The position numbers and the translations under genes are program-made. The notes beneath the pieces are model-generated. The model was given only the letters and a program-made list of their open reading frames with translations. It had not been told where the DNA came from and made no database searches. 64,000 bases of DNA from Nitrospinales bacterium (GTDB taxonomy: Bacteria > Nitrospinota > Nitrospinia > Nitrospinales > VA-1): contig CBDCWG010000012.1 of the NCBI GenBank assembly GCA_965223345.1, forward strand, positions 736,001 to 800,000. Reading direction: 5' to 3'. Of the stretch, positions 29,433 to 38,462 are shown one piece after another (position 1 is the first letter of the stretch; each line of letters opens with the position of its first letter).

Positions 29433-30683
29433 ATGAATGAGCAGGTAAACCCTGAACAACGTGTTGTCATCACAGGGATTGGGCTCACCGCCCCAAACGG
29501 CAACAATCTTTTGGAATTCAGGAAGAGCCTGCTTCAGGGGAAATCCGGGGTGCAGCGGTTCGAAACCCGATTCATGGGGGAGGTGCTGGCGGGGGTTTGC
29601 GATTTTGATGAGTTGAAGTACCAGAAAAGGAAAGAGCGCCGCCGCGGGACGCGTGCGGGTTCGGTTTCGATCTATTGCGCGAACGAGGCGTTTCAGGATG
29701 CGGGCCTCGATCTGGAGCGCATCGACCGTTCCCGCGTGGGGGTGTACATCGGGGTGACCGAACACGGGAATGTGGAGACCGAGAACGAGGTCCACAATAT
29801 CAGTCAGTACGATTACGACACCAAGTTCTGGTCGCACCACCACAACCCGCGGACTGTGGCCAACAACCCCGCAGGCGAAGTGACCCTCAACATGAAAATC
29901 ACCGGCCCGCACTACACGGTGGGAGCGGCGTGTGCGGCGGGGAACATGGGGGTCATTCAGGGAGTTCAGATGCTCAGGCTGGGGGAAGTGGACTTGGCCC
30001 TGGCGGGGGGTATTTCCGAAAGCATTCATACGTTTGGTATTTTCGCGAGCTTCAACAGCGAGGGGGCGCTGGCGAGTCATGCCGACCCCACCAAGGCGAG
30101 CCGTCCCTTCGACCTGGACCGCAACGGTATCGTCTGTTCCGAAGGGGGCTGCATCTACACATTGGAGCGCCTGGCCGATGCGGAGGCGCGGGGCGCCAAA
30201 ATTTATGGAGAGATCGTCGGCTACGCGATCAATTCCGACGCGCACGATTTCATACTGCCGGAACCGGTTCGTCAGGCCGAATGCATCCGGCTGGCGCTTC
30301 GAAACGCCGGCCTGCAAGCCGGGGACATGGACATTCTGAATTCGCACGCGACCGCCACCAAGCTGGGGGACATTCAGGAATGCAAAGCGATCAACGATGT
30401 GTTCGGGCAGGAAAAAGGAGTCTGGATCAACAACACAAAAAGTTTTATCGGACACACGATGGGAGCCGCAGGCACGCTGGAATTATCGGGGAATCTCCCG
30501 GCGTTTGAGGATGGTTGGGTGCATCCCACCATCAATCTGGACACGCCGGACCCCGAATGCCACCTGGACAATCTGGTGACCGGGGAGCCGAAAAAACTGG
30601 ACCGGGTGGATCACATCATGAACAATTCATTCGGCATGTTCGGCATCAATTCGGTGCTCATCGTCAAGCGGTTCGAGACCTAG
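29433..30683 (+). CDS. Beta-ketoacyl-ACP synthase (FabF-like, divergent)
   Basis: RVVITGIG; Cys-His-His triad in AACAAG, NSHATAT and KSFIGHTMGAAG; SRPFD.DRNG. Confidence 0.92.
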   Translation: MNEQVNPEQRVVITGIGLTAPNGNNLLEFRKSLLQGKSGVQRFETRFMGEVLAGVCDFDELKYQKRKERRRGTRAGSVSIYCANEAFQDAGLDLERIDRSRVGVYIGVTEHGNVETENEVHNISQYDYDTKFWSHHHNPRTVANNPAGEVTLNMKITGPHYTVGAACAAGNMGVIQGVQMLRLGEVDLALAGGISESIHTFGIFASFNSEGALASHADPTKASRPFDLDRNGIVCSEGGCIYTLERLADAEARGAKIYGEIVGYAINSDAHDFILPEPVRQAECIRLALRNAGLQAGDMDILNSHATATKLGDIQECKAINDVFGQEKGVWINNTKSFIGHTMGAAGTLELSGNLPAFEDGWVHPTINLDTPDPECHLDNLVTGEPKKLDRVDHIMNNSFGMFGINSVLIVKRFET

Positions 30684-30690
30684 TTTGCGG

Positions 30691-30719
30691 TTGAAATTTG
30701 CATACATTTTACCTAGAAT
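30691..30719 (+). promoter_or_regulatory. Putative internal sigma-70 promoter for the ACP gene
   Basis: TTGAAA-17 nt-TAGAAT just upstream of the AGGAGG RBS. Confidence 0.5.
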
Positions 30720-30740
30720 CAAAATCTTAGGAGGAAACTG

Positions 30741-31004
30741 ATGACCGGAGAAGAAGTCAGAAGGGCCATTGTCGAGATTCTCGCCGATATCGCTCCTGAT
30801 GAGGATGTGAGTTCCATCAGCGATGATGTGAAGCTGCGCGACCAGATCGACCTGGACTCCATGGATTTTCTCGACATCGTGATGGAGCTTCGCAAGCGTT
30901 TCAATATTGAGGTGCCTGAAAAGGATTACGAGCAGCTCGCCACCATGTCGAGTTGCGTCACCTACCTTCAGCCTCTCTTGAAGGACCGGCAATTGGCAGG
31001 GTAG
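30741..31004 (+). CDS. Acyl carrier protein
   Basis: Acidic 87-aa protein with the phosphopantetheine motif LDSMD. Confidence 0.93.
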   Translation: MTGEEVRRAIVEILADIAPDEDVSSISDDVKLRDQIDLDSMDFLDIVMELRKRFNIEVPEKDYEQLATMSSCVTYLQPLLKDRQLAG

Positions 31005-31066
31005 CCTGGATTCAGTGCTTGCTTGCGGTTGCCTCCGCTGGATCGATTTCACCGAATTTGCAGAAT

Positions 31067-31101
31067 AAACCCCCCGCGTCAGCGGCCGGGGTTTGTTTTT
31101 T
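31067..31101 (+). terminator. Putative intrinsic terminator after ACP
   Basis: AAACCCC-CCGC-gtca-GCGG-cc-GGGGTTT hairpin followed by GTTTTTT. Confidence 0.55.
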
Positions 31102-31242
31102 CCGCAATCCCCCTCTCCCTCAAGACTCCTTCCAGCCGTTCACACACCCTCAGGCTGTGAAATCAAGTATACTCGCGTTTTCATTTTTGTATGGAAACGG
31201 TGAGTGCAAGTCGGCGCGTGAACGCGCCGCGTTTCAATCATT

Positions 31243-32634
31243 ATGGTTTACGACGCATTGATCATCGGTTCGGGGCTGTCCGGCCTAGCTGCGGGAATCC
31301 GGCTGGCGCTTTTCGACAAAAAGGTATGCATCGTTGAAAAGCATACGGTTGTGGGTGGCTTGAATTCTTTTTACACCCGCAAGCACCGCACGTTCGACGT
31401 CGGTTTGCACGCCATGACCAATTTCTCACCCAAAGGCGTACGCACGTCCCCGCTCGGCAAGCTGCTGAAGCAGCTGCGTCTTAGACACGAGGATTTCCGG
31501 TTGTGTCCGCAGCACATGTCGGAGATCCGCTTCCCGGAAAAATCCCTCCGCTTCACCAACGAGTTTGAGTTTTTAAAACAGGAAGTCGCCGAAAACTTTC
31601 CCGATCAGATCGACGGCTTCATCAAGCTGGTCGAAACGATTCGATCCTTCGATGAAATTTCCCTGAGCGGCGACACCCGCACTTCCGCCCTTTCGGTGCT
31701 TAAGAGTTGTCTGTCGGACCCGGTGCTCATCGATATGCTGTGCTGTCCGCTCATGTATTACGGCAACGCACGGGAAGGGGACATGGATTTTTACCAGTTC
31801 GTGATTCTGTTCAAGAGCATCTTCATGGAAGGCTTCGCCAAGCCAGAGGGCGGCATGCACTTTATCCTGAATCTGCTGGTGGAGAAATACCGGGATCTGG
31901 GCGGGGAGTTGAGGATGGGGGCCGAAGTCGAAACTTTGGAGGTGGATGCAGCGGGGGTGCGTGCGGTGTGTCTGGCCGGAGGAGAATCGATCCGGGCCAA
32001 AACCGTTCTTTCGTCCATGGGATATGTGGAAACCCTCAACAAATGCCGGCCGCAGGTGGTCGATCCGGAGACGTTGCAGCCGGGCCGGGTTTCGTTCATG
32101 GAATCGCTGTTCGTGCTCGACCGGCAAGACCCTAAAACCCTGGGATACGACAAGAGCATCGTGTTTTTCTGCACAGAGCCGCGGTTTCGCTACCGGGTGC
32201 CGGACGAGATCATCGATGTGACGAGCGGGGTTTTGTGTTGTCCGAATCATTTTCACTATCCGGAACCCCTGGCCGAAGGGATGCTGCGCCTGACCAATCT
32301 GGCCAGCTACCGATTGTGGGATGAGCTGAAGCGCCAGGATTACGTGCAGGCTAAAAAGGAATGGCGGGAGAAAGCGCTGCAGGCGGTGTTTACATTTTTC
32401 CCCGATTTTCGCGATTCTGTGGTATTTTTAGACTCGTTTACGCCCAAAACCATCTATAAATATACAGGTCATTTGAATGGGGCGGTCTACGGTTCGCCGC
32501 GCAAAACCAAAAACGGCGAAACCCCGGTTAAGAATCTGTACATCTGTGGCACGGACCAGGGTTTTCTGGGCATCGTGGGCGCGACATTGAGCGGCATTTC
32601 CATGGCCAATCTGCACGTTCTGCAGAAAAACTGA
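31243..32634 (+). CDS. Phytoene dehydrogenase (CrtI)-like FAD oxidoreductase
   Basis: Rossmann IIGSGLSG, EKH..GG..S, FDVG.H, P.GG, FTP.T..YT..NGAVYG, and KNLY.CG. Confidence 0.85.
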   Translation: MVYDALIIGSGLSGLAAGIRLALFDKKVCIVEKHTVVGGLNSFYTRKHRTFDVGLHAMTNFSPKGVRTSPLGKLLKQLRLRHEDFRLCPQHMSEIRFPEKSLRFTNEFEFLKQEVAENFPDQIDGFIKLVETIRSFDEISLSGDTRTSALSVLKSCLSDPVLIDMLCCPLMYYGNAREGDMDFYQFVILFKSIFMEGFAKPEGGMHFILNLLVEKYRDLGGELRMGAEVETLEVDAAGVRAVCLAGGESIRAKTVLSSMGYVETLNKCRPQVVDPETLQPGRVSFMESLFVLDRQDPKTLGYDKSIVFFCTEPRFRYRVPDEIIDVTSGVLCCPNHFHYPEPLAEGMLRLTNLASYRLWDELKRQDYVQAKKEWREKALQAVFTFFPDFRDSVVFLDSFTPKTIYKYTGHLNGAVYGSPRKTKNGETPVKNLYICGTDQGFLGIVGATLSGISMANLHVLQKN

Positions 32635-32670
32635 CTTTTTAAACCCGAACATTTCAGGAAACTCCACTAC

Positions 32671-34119
32671 ATGGCACGCGACTGGCTGAAAGGGGCGAAA
32701 TCCAAATACGACACGGTGGTGATCGGCAGCGGGCTGGCCGGAATGACCTCGGCCAATCTTTTGTCGCGGCTCGGGCATTCGGTCCTGCTGGCGGAACACC
32801 ATTACAACCTGGGCGGTCTGGCGACCTGGTTCAAACGCAAGGGAGGTCACATCCTGGACATTTCCCTGCACGGGTTTCCCTGCGGGATGATCAAAACCTT
32901 CCGCAAGTACTGGACGCGGGAGCTGGCCGATTCGGTCATTCGGCTGAAGGGCATCCGTTTCGACAACCCGCAGTTCGCCATGGAAACCTCTTTCGACAAA
33001 GTCGATTTCACGCGTCTGTTGCGGGAGCGGTTCGGCATCATGAAAGAAGTGATCGACGAGTTCTTCCTCACCGTGCGCGGGATGAATTTTTACGACGACA
33101 TCGTCATGACGACGCGGGAACTGTTCGAAAAGTTTTTCCCCGGCCGCAAGGACGTGTGGCGTTTCCTGATGGAACCCATCACCTACGCGAACGGATCCAC
33201 CCTCGACGATCCGGCGATCACCTACGGCATCGTTTTTTCCAATTTCATGGACAAAGGCGTCTTCACCTATCAGGGGGGAACGGACAACCTGATCAAGAAG
33301 ATGAAAAAGGAAATGATCCGCAACGGGGTGGACATCCGCACGCACTGCATGGTGGAAAAGGTGCATGTGGAAGGAAACGCGGTACGCGGGGTGCGCATCA
33401 ACGGCAAAGACATTGAATGCAAATCGGTGCTGTCCAATTCGAATATTTTGAACACGGTGCACCGGCTGGTGGGGGACCAGAACTTCAGCCCCGAGTTCCT
33501 GAAGGAAGTCAAAGCGGTGCGGCTGAACAATTCCAGCTGTCAGGTGTACATGGGAATCCGCAAAGGCGAGACGATCGATTACGTGGGGGACCTTCTGTTC
33601 ACATCGGTGGCGGATGAATACGATACCGAAAAGATCCTGAGCAAGAATGTGACGAGCCGGACGTTTTCTTTTTACTATCCCTCCATCCGTCCGGGCACGA
33701 ACCGCTATTCCATCGTTTCCTCGACCAACGCCCATTATCAGGACTGGGTGGACCTTTCGGATGAACAGTACGAAAAGGAGAAAAACCACCTGATCGAGAC
33801 CACGCTGGATGCGCTGGAGAAATACGTGCCCGATATCCGCAAAAAAGTCGATCATGTGGAGGCGGCCACCCCCAGAACGTTCAAGCGCTACACGCTGCAC
33901 CCCTCCGGGACGTCCTTCGGGACCAAGTTCGAGGGGCTCAAAATCAGCCGGGACCTTCCCAATCAGATCTCCGGGCTTTTTCACTCCGGGTCCGTGGGGA
34001 TCATCATGTCCGGCTGGCTGGGCGCAGCGAATTACGGCGTCATCGTCGCCAACGAGGTCGATAAATTCGTCCGCTCTGTGAAGTCGCGGGGCCCGCTGGT
34101 GCCCGCATCCGTGGGTTGA
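32671..34119 (+). CDS. Second phytoene dehydrogenase (CrtI)-like FAD oxidoreductase
   Basis: [28 protein letters not shown] and GLFHSG; a divergent paralog of the upstream gene. Confidence 0.85.
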   Translation: MARDWLKGAKSKYDTVVIGSGLAGMTSANLLSRLGHSVLLAEHHYNLGGLATWFKRKGGHILDISLHGFPCGMIKTFRKYWTRELADSVIRLKGIRFDNPQFAMETSFDKVDFTRLLRERFGIMKEVIDEFFLTVRGMNFYDDIVMTTRELFEKFFPGRKDVWRFLMEPITYANGSTLDDPAITYGIVFSNFMDKGVFTYQGGTDNLIKKMKKEMIRNGVDIRTHCMVEKVHVEGNAVRGVRINGKDIECKSVLSNSNILNTVHRLVGDQNFSPEFLKEVKAVRLNNSSCQVYMGIRKGETIDYVGDLLFTSVADEYDTEKILSKNVTSRTFSFYYPSIRPGTNRYSIVSSTNAHYQDWVDLSDEQYEKEKNHLIETTLDALEKYVPDIRKKVDHVEAATPRTFKRYTLHPSGTSFGTKFEGLKISRDLPNQISGLFHSGSVGIIMSGWLGAANYGVIVANEVDKFVRSVKSRGPLVPASVG

Positions 34120-34188
34120 TTCCTCCCTCATCCTTTGAGGCCAAAGGTCAGGCTGCGCCGGTTTGCCGGGTGCGGCTGATTTTTTTGT

Positions 34189-34932
34189 ATGCAATGGGAT
34201 TTTAAAGGCCAGAGGATCATCGTCACCGGGGGCACACGCGGGATCGGCCGGGGTGTCTCCGAAGCCTTCCTCAAAGCCGGCGCGTCCGTGATCGCCACCT
34301 ACCGTTCCAACGAACAAGCCGCTCAACAGTTCAAAGAATCGCAATCCGCACACGGCGACCGGCTCGATGTGCAGTCGTTCGATGTGGCCCGCTACGACGA
34401 TGTGGAAGCGTTCTTTCAGTATGTGGAGAAGACCTACGGGGCCTTTCAGGTGCTGGTCCACAGCTCCGGCATCCGCAGCGATGCGGTGGTCGGGCTCATG
34501 AAAGCCGAGGACTGGCAGGGCGTCATCGAAACCAACCTGAGCGGCACCTTTCATGCGTGCAAATTCGCGGTGCAGAACCTGATGCGCCAGCGCTACGGCC
34601 GCATCGTCATCGTGACCTCGCCGGTGGGGCGCTTCGGGTTTGCGGGGCAATCCAATTACGCGGCTTCGAAAGCGGGGCAGGTGGCTTTCGCCCGTTCGTT
34701 GAGCAAGGAAGTGGCGAGCCGCAAGATCACGGTCAACTGCGTGTCTCCGGGATTCATCGACACCGAGTTCATCGCCGATCTGCCTGAGGAGCAGCGCAAA
34801 TCCTATCGCGATCTGGTGCCCCTCAAACGCTTCGGAACCACCGAGGAAGTGGCGCAGTCGGTGCTGTTTCTCGCATCCAAAGAAGCGGCCTACATCACCG
34901 GTTCGGTGCTGGAAGTGGCGGGAGGGCTTTAG
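34189..34932 (+). CDS. 3-oxoacyl-ACP reductase (FabG-like SDR)
   Basis: TGGTRGIG, GQSNYAASKAG and NCVSPGFIDT. Confidence 0.9.
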   Translation: MQWDFKGQRIIVTGGTRGIGRGVSEAFLKAGASVIATYRSNEQAAQQFKESQSAHGDRLDVQSFDVARYDDVEAFFQYVEKTYGAFQVLVHSSGIRSDAVVGLMKAEDWQGVIETNLSGTFHACKFAVQNLMRQRYGRIVIVTSPVGRFGFAGQSNYAASKAGQVAFARSLSKEVASRKITVNCVSPGFIDTEFIADLPEEQRKSYRDLVPLKRFGTTEEVAQSVLFLASKEAAYITGSVLEVAGGL

Positions 34933-34933
34933 T

Positions 34934-35359
34934 TTGCAGGATTTTTTGCAGTACATTCCGCACCGGGAGCCGTTTTTGTTCGTGGATCAGCTTGTCGAAG
35001 CCTCTGCGGACCGCGCGCTGAGCCGAAAATCCGTGAAGCCGGAGGAACCTTATTTCCGCGGGCATTATCCGGGGCGGCCGATCATGCCGGGTGTGCTCAT
35101 TTGCGAGTCGGTGTTTCAGACCGGCGCCATTCTCATGGGCAAACGCGGGCAGGCGGGTGAGGAACGCATGCCGGTGGTGTCGCGCATTCAAAACGTCAAG
35201 TTCAAACGGCCCGTCAAGCCGGGCGACACGCTGGAAATCGAAGTGCAGCTCAAAGACGTGGTAGGGGCGGCGCATTATTTTTCCGGCCAGGTGCGGGTGG
35301 GGACGGACACGGTGCTGACGCTGGAGTTCACGGCGATGCTGGTAGAGGAGGGCGCATGA
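34934..35359 (+). CDS. 3-hydroxyacyl-ACP dehydratase (FabZ-like)
   Basis: [27 protein letters not shown] and FKRPVKPGD. Confidence 0.9.
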   Translation: MQDFLQYIPHREPFLFVDQLVEASADRALSRKSVKPEEPYFRGHYPGRPIMPGVLICESVFQTGAILMGKRGQAGEERMPVVSRIQNVKFKRPVKPGDTLEIEVQLKDVVGAAHYFSGQVRVGTDTVLTLEFTAMLVEEGA

Positions 35360-36171
35360 GTTTCCTCGGTCTCAAAGGAAAAAAGATCCTCGTTCTGGGT
35401 GTCGCCAATAAGAAAAGCGTGGCGTACCAGATCGGAAAGGTGCTGACCGAAGAAGGCGCGGAGGTCATCCACAGCGTCCGCTCGGAAGACAGGAAGCGAT
35501 CGACCGCGAAACTTTTGGGGGATGCGCCGGTTTACGTGTGCGATGTGGAGCGCAAGGGCGAGATCGACCGGCTGCGGGAGGAGGTGGCAAAAGATCATCC
35601 CGTGCTGCACGGCATGGTGCATTCCATCGCGTTCGCCAATTATTCCGCAGGCGGCAAGCCGTTTCACGAAACCGGCCGGGAAGATTTTCTGCAATCGGTG
35701 GGCATCACCTGCTTTTCGCTGGTGGAGCTCGCCAACGCCTTCAAAGATTTGTTCGATCCGCAGGCCTCGGTGGTGACGGTTTCCATCTCCACTACCCGCA
35801 TGGCGGCGGAAAACTACGGGTTCATGGCGCCTGCGAAAGCGGCGCTCGACTCTTCGCTGTGCTTTCTCGCCAAATCGTTCAGCGCGTTTTCAAAGGTCCG
35901 GTTCAATTCCGTGAACGCGGGGCTTTTGAAAACCTCCGCCTCGGCGGGCATCCCCGGCTACATCGATTCCTACCTGTACGCGGAAGAACTCACCTTGAGA
36001 AAACAGGCGCTGACCACCGAGGAAGTGGCCAACGCCGCTGTGTTTCTGTTGAGCCCGGCCGCAAGCGGCATCAACGCCCAGGGGCTGGTTCTGGATGCGG
36101 GCATGTCCGTCAACTATTTCGATACGGACATCGTCAAACGGGCCATGCGCCCCGACCCGGACAAAACCTGA
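35356..36171 (+). CDS. Enoyl-ACP reductase (FabI-like)
   Basis: [15 protein letters not shown] and the Y-x6-K motif [12 protein letters not shown] overlap with the FabZ-like gene. Confidence 0.9.
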   Translation: MSFLGLKGKKILVLGVANKKSVAYQIGKVLTEEGAEVIHSVRSEDRKRSTAKLLGDAPVYVCDVERKGEIDRLREEVAKDHPVLHGMVHSIAFANYSAGGKPFHETGREDFLQSVGITCFSLVELANAFKDLFDPQASVVTVSISTTRMAAENYGFMAPAKAALDSSLCFLAKSFSAFSKVRFNSVNAGLLKTSASAGIPGYIDSYLYAEELTLRKQALTTEEVANAAVFLLSPAASGINAQGLVLDAGMSVNYFDTDIVKRAMRPDPDKT

Positions 36172-36193
36172 TCCGCACGCTGCAAACCCTGCG

Positions 36194-37045
36194 TTACTTC
36201 TCCGCCCAGGTGTTCTGGATGATCGCGTAGGCCCGGTGGGTCAGGTGACAGTTTTTACAGCCCAGTTTCCCCAGTGTGCCGACGTTTTTCCAGAAATTGC
36301 CGGGGTTGGGTTTGGCCTGCGCGAGTTCCGTTTTCAATCCCTCGAAAGCGGCGTCCACAGTTTTTCCCACGTAAAACAGCTTCACATCGTCGTTGGTGTG
36401 GCATTTGCTGCACACCGACTTGAGCTCCATGAACCGCGATTTGAAACCGCGCAGGGCTTTCGCGGCGCGATCGTATTGCCCCTCCTTGAAATTCACCGTC
36501 ACGCCTTTGAACGATCCGGAAACCTTGCCCATGTAGTCGCCGAATTCCATTTCCTCTTCGCTCAAAGGATCGGTGATCTTGATCTTGGAGAATGAAGGCC
36601 AGTGAAAGCGTGTCCACACGGAGACGTAATTTTCCGCGTGACATTTGCCGCAGGTTTTGCCGACGCCGCCGACGGCTTTGCCGATTTTTGCCGGGTCGTG
36701 GGTCTTGGCGGCGGCGTTGAATTTCTTGGCCGCATCGAGATCGAAGTATTCCTCCCATTCGGGAACCATCTCAGAGGCTTTCTTGTAGGCCTCGACAAAC
36801 GCGTCGGCGCTTTTGTCCAGGTTCTCCCAGTCTTTCTCGCGCATGTTGACGAACACACCGCCCAGGCTGCCGCTCATCGCGTGCATCTGCTGGATCCATT
36901 TGGGTTCTTTGCTTTCGGGAGGGTAAAACTTGCTCAGGCTTTCCGGGGGCGGCTTGACGATGAGATCTTTGGCATAGGATGGCTGAACGAAAGCAATCAT
37001 CCCCATGAGAGCGATGACGGAAACATACCGGGCTGTGATGTGCAT
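36194..37045 (-). CDS. Periplasmic triheme cytochrome c (helical, cytochrome c'-like repeats)
   Basis: Signal peptide; CGKCH, CSKCH and CKNCH; AAGGAGG RBS before ATG 37045. Confidence 0.85.
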   Translation of the reverse strand: MHITARYVSVIALMGMIAFVQPSYAKDLIVKPPPESLSKFYPPESKEPKWIQQMHAMSGSLGGVFVNMREKDWENLDKSADAFVEAYKKASEMVPEWEEYFDLDAAKKFNAAAKTHDPAKIGKAVGGVGKTCGKCHAENYVSVWTRFHWPSFSKIKITDPLSEEEMEFGDYMGKVSGSFKGVTVNFKEGQYDRAAKALRGFKSRFMELKSVCSKCHTNDDVKLFYVGKTVDAAFEGLKTELAQAKPNPGNFWKNVGTLGKLGCKNCHLTHRAYAIIQNTWAEK

Positions 37046-37137
37046 GGTACCTCCTTGCAGATGAACGGGAATACGTGGCAATGGATGCGGATCGCTCCAA
37101 TTTAAAATGAAACACCGGTTGTTAGCAACGTAAATCC

Positions 37138-38121
37138 TTATTTGTGGAAGGTTTTCGTGAATATTTCCTGCTTTTCCCGAGACCAGGCCGGGCGGTAGCG
37201 AACGGTCAGTTCCATCCGTTCCACCTCTCCGAACAGCCGGTAAGTGAAGGCGACCTCCTGTTTGTAGGGGAGCGCGGTTTCCTGCTGCGGGGCGAGGATT
37301 TCCTTGAACTGGTCTATCTGTTCCCCCGCAGCGTCGAATGCCTTGAGGTAGGCATAGAGCCTGGGGTCGCCGTTGTCGGCGGTCGGCATCGCATGCGGGA
37401 CGGATGTGTTCAAAAGCCTGAGCGAAAACCGGTTGCCCTCCAGAAACTCCCCTTTTACTTCAAGGTTTTCTTCCGACACGTCGCCGCGGGGAAAGCTGTG
37501 GTCCCCGGTTTTTTTCGCTGCGTGGAACCAGCCGAGCAGAAATTTCTGCACCAGCCGGTTCTTCGAAGCGGGCATGTGGCAGGACTGACAGGTTTTTTCG
37601 TGGCCGGTTTGCTGCCATTCCTTGTGGGTCTTCTCGTGGCAGGATCCGCAGATTTTCGATTTGCGGTAGTCCGGGTTTTGTTTCGTCGGATGCGGCGGCG
37701 CGTACAGCGCGTGCGGGCCGTTCATGACCCCGTCCACCAGGTGGCAGGGCACGCAGTAGACGCCGTCGTCGCGGTGCTCGAGCCTGGGGGAGGGCTTCTC
37801 GCCGTTTTTCACCACCTGCGGGATGTGGCAGGGCAGGCATTTTTCCTTGGTCCGGTTTTCGGAATCCTCGATGAAGATTTCGCTGGTCCAGGCCAGCGAG
37901 TGGCGGCTTTTCTTCCAGGACTCGAAAATCGTCTTGTGGCACTCGGCGCAGCGTTTGGCTCCGGGGCCTTTGATCAAATCCGGTTGGCGCACCTGCTCGG
38001 TCAACACGGCCGGGATCCATTGCGGCTTGTGATTGATCAAAAAATAAGCGCTACCGGCCCCCAGGATGCCGGCAATGGGTGCGAGATACATCGTTATGCG
38101 GATATATTTTTTCAATCTCAA
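37138..38121 (-). CDS. Membrane-anchored pentaheme cytochrome c (c554-like N-terminal motif)
   Basis: N-terminal hydrophobic helix; CAECH..IF.SW..S.H, CLPCH, CVPCH, CGSCH and CQSCH. Confidence 0.85.
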   Translation of the reverse strand: MRLKKYIRITMYLAPIAGILGAGSAYFLINHKPQWIPAVLTEQVRQPDLIKGPGAKRCAECHKTIFESWKKSRHSLAWTSEIFIEDSENRTKEKCLPCHIPQVVKNGEKPSPRLEHRDDGVYCVPCHLVDGVMNGPHALYAPPHPTKQNPDYRKSKICGSCHEKTHKEWQQTGHEKTCQSCHMPASKNRLVQKFLLGWFHAAKKTGDHSFPRGDVSEENLEVKGEFLEGNRFSLRLLNTSVPHAMPTADNGDPRLYAYLKAFDAAGEQIDQFKEILAPQQETALPYKQEVAFTYRLFGEVERMELTVRYRPAWSREKQEIFTKTFHK

Positions 38122-38462
38122 GGAATCATCGCCTCTTTTGTATTGATTAACTTTGAATGTTTAGGTATATTTTAGTAGGGTTTTTTCTACGAGGGAGAAT
38201 GGAGATTTCATACAAGGATCACGCATCGCTTTCTACATCATTCGGGATCTTCTGAAAAATCAGGTTTTTTGGGCTTTCTTCGCGGTTCACGTCCTGCATA
38301 TCAGAACCCGCGAAGGACCGACGATCAGCAACAAAGCGACCGCCCCCGGTTTCCGACTTCACGATTTCCATTTCCTGCTGATTCTGCGATCCGCAGCTTC
38401 CGGAAAACACTATAGAGACAAATGTTTTATCACACCGCTGTCTACATACCTACCGAGAGGGG

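Noticed and set aside
31243..34119. Carotenoid or hopanoid biosynthesis locus
   Set aside because: There is no phytoene/squalene synthase, GGPP synthase or cyclase beside these genes; they are embedded among fab genes.
32428..34956. 842-aa antisense ORF and other long overlapping ORFs in the track
   Set aside because: Antisense shadows of well-supported genes, as expected with high GC3 codon usage.
38220..38462. c-di-GMP riboswitch upstream of the MCP gene
   Set aside because: Only one hairpin is visible (CTTCGCGGTTC...GAACCCGCGAAG), and the GEMM consensus elements are absent.
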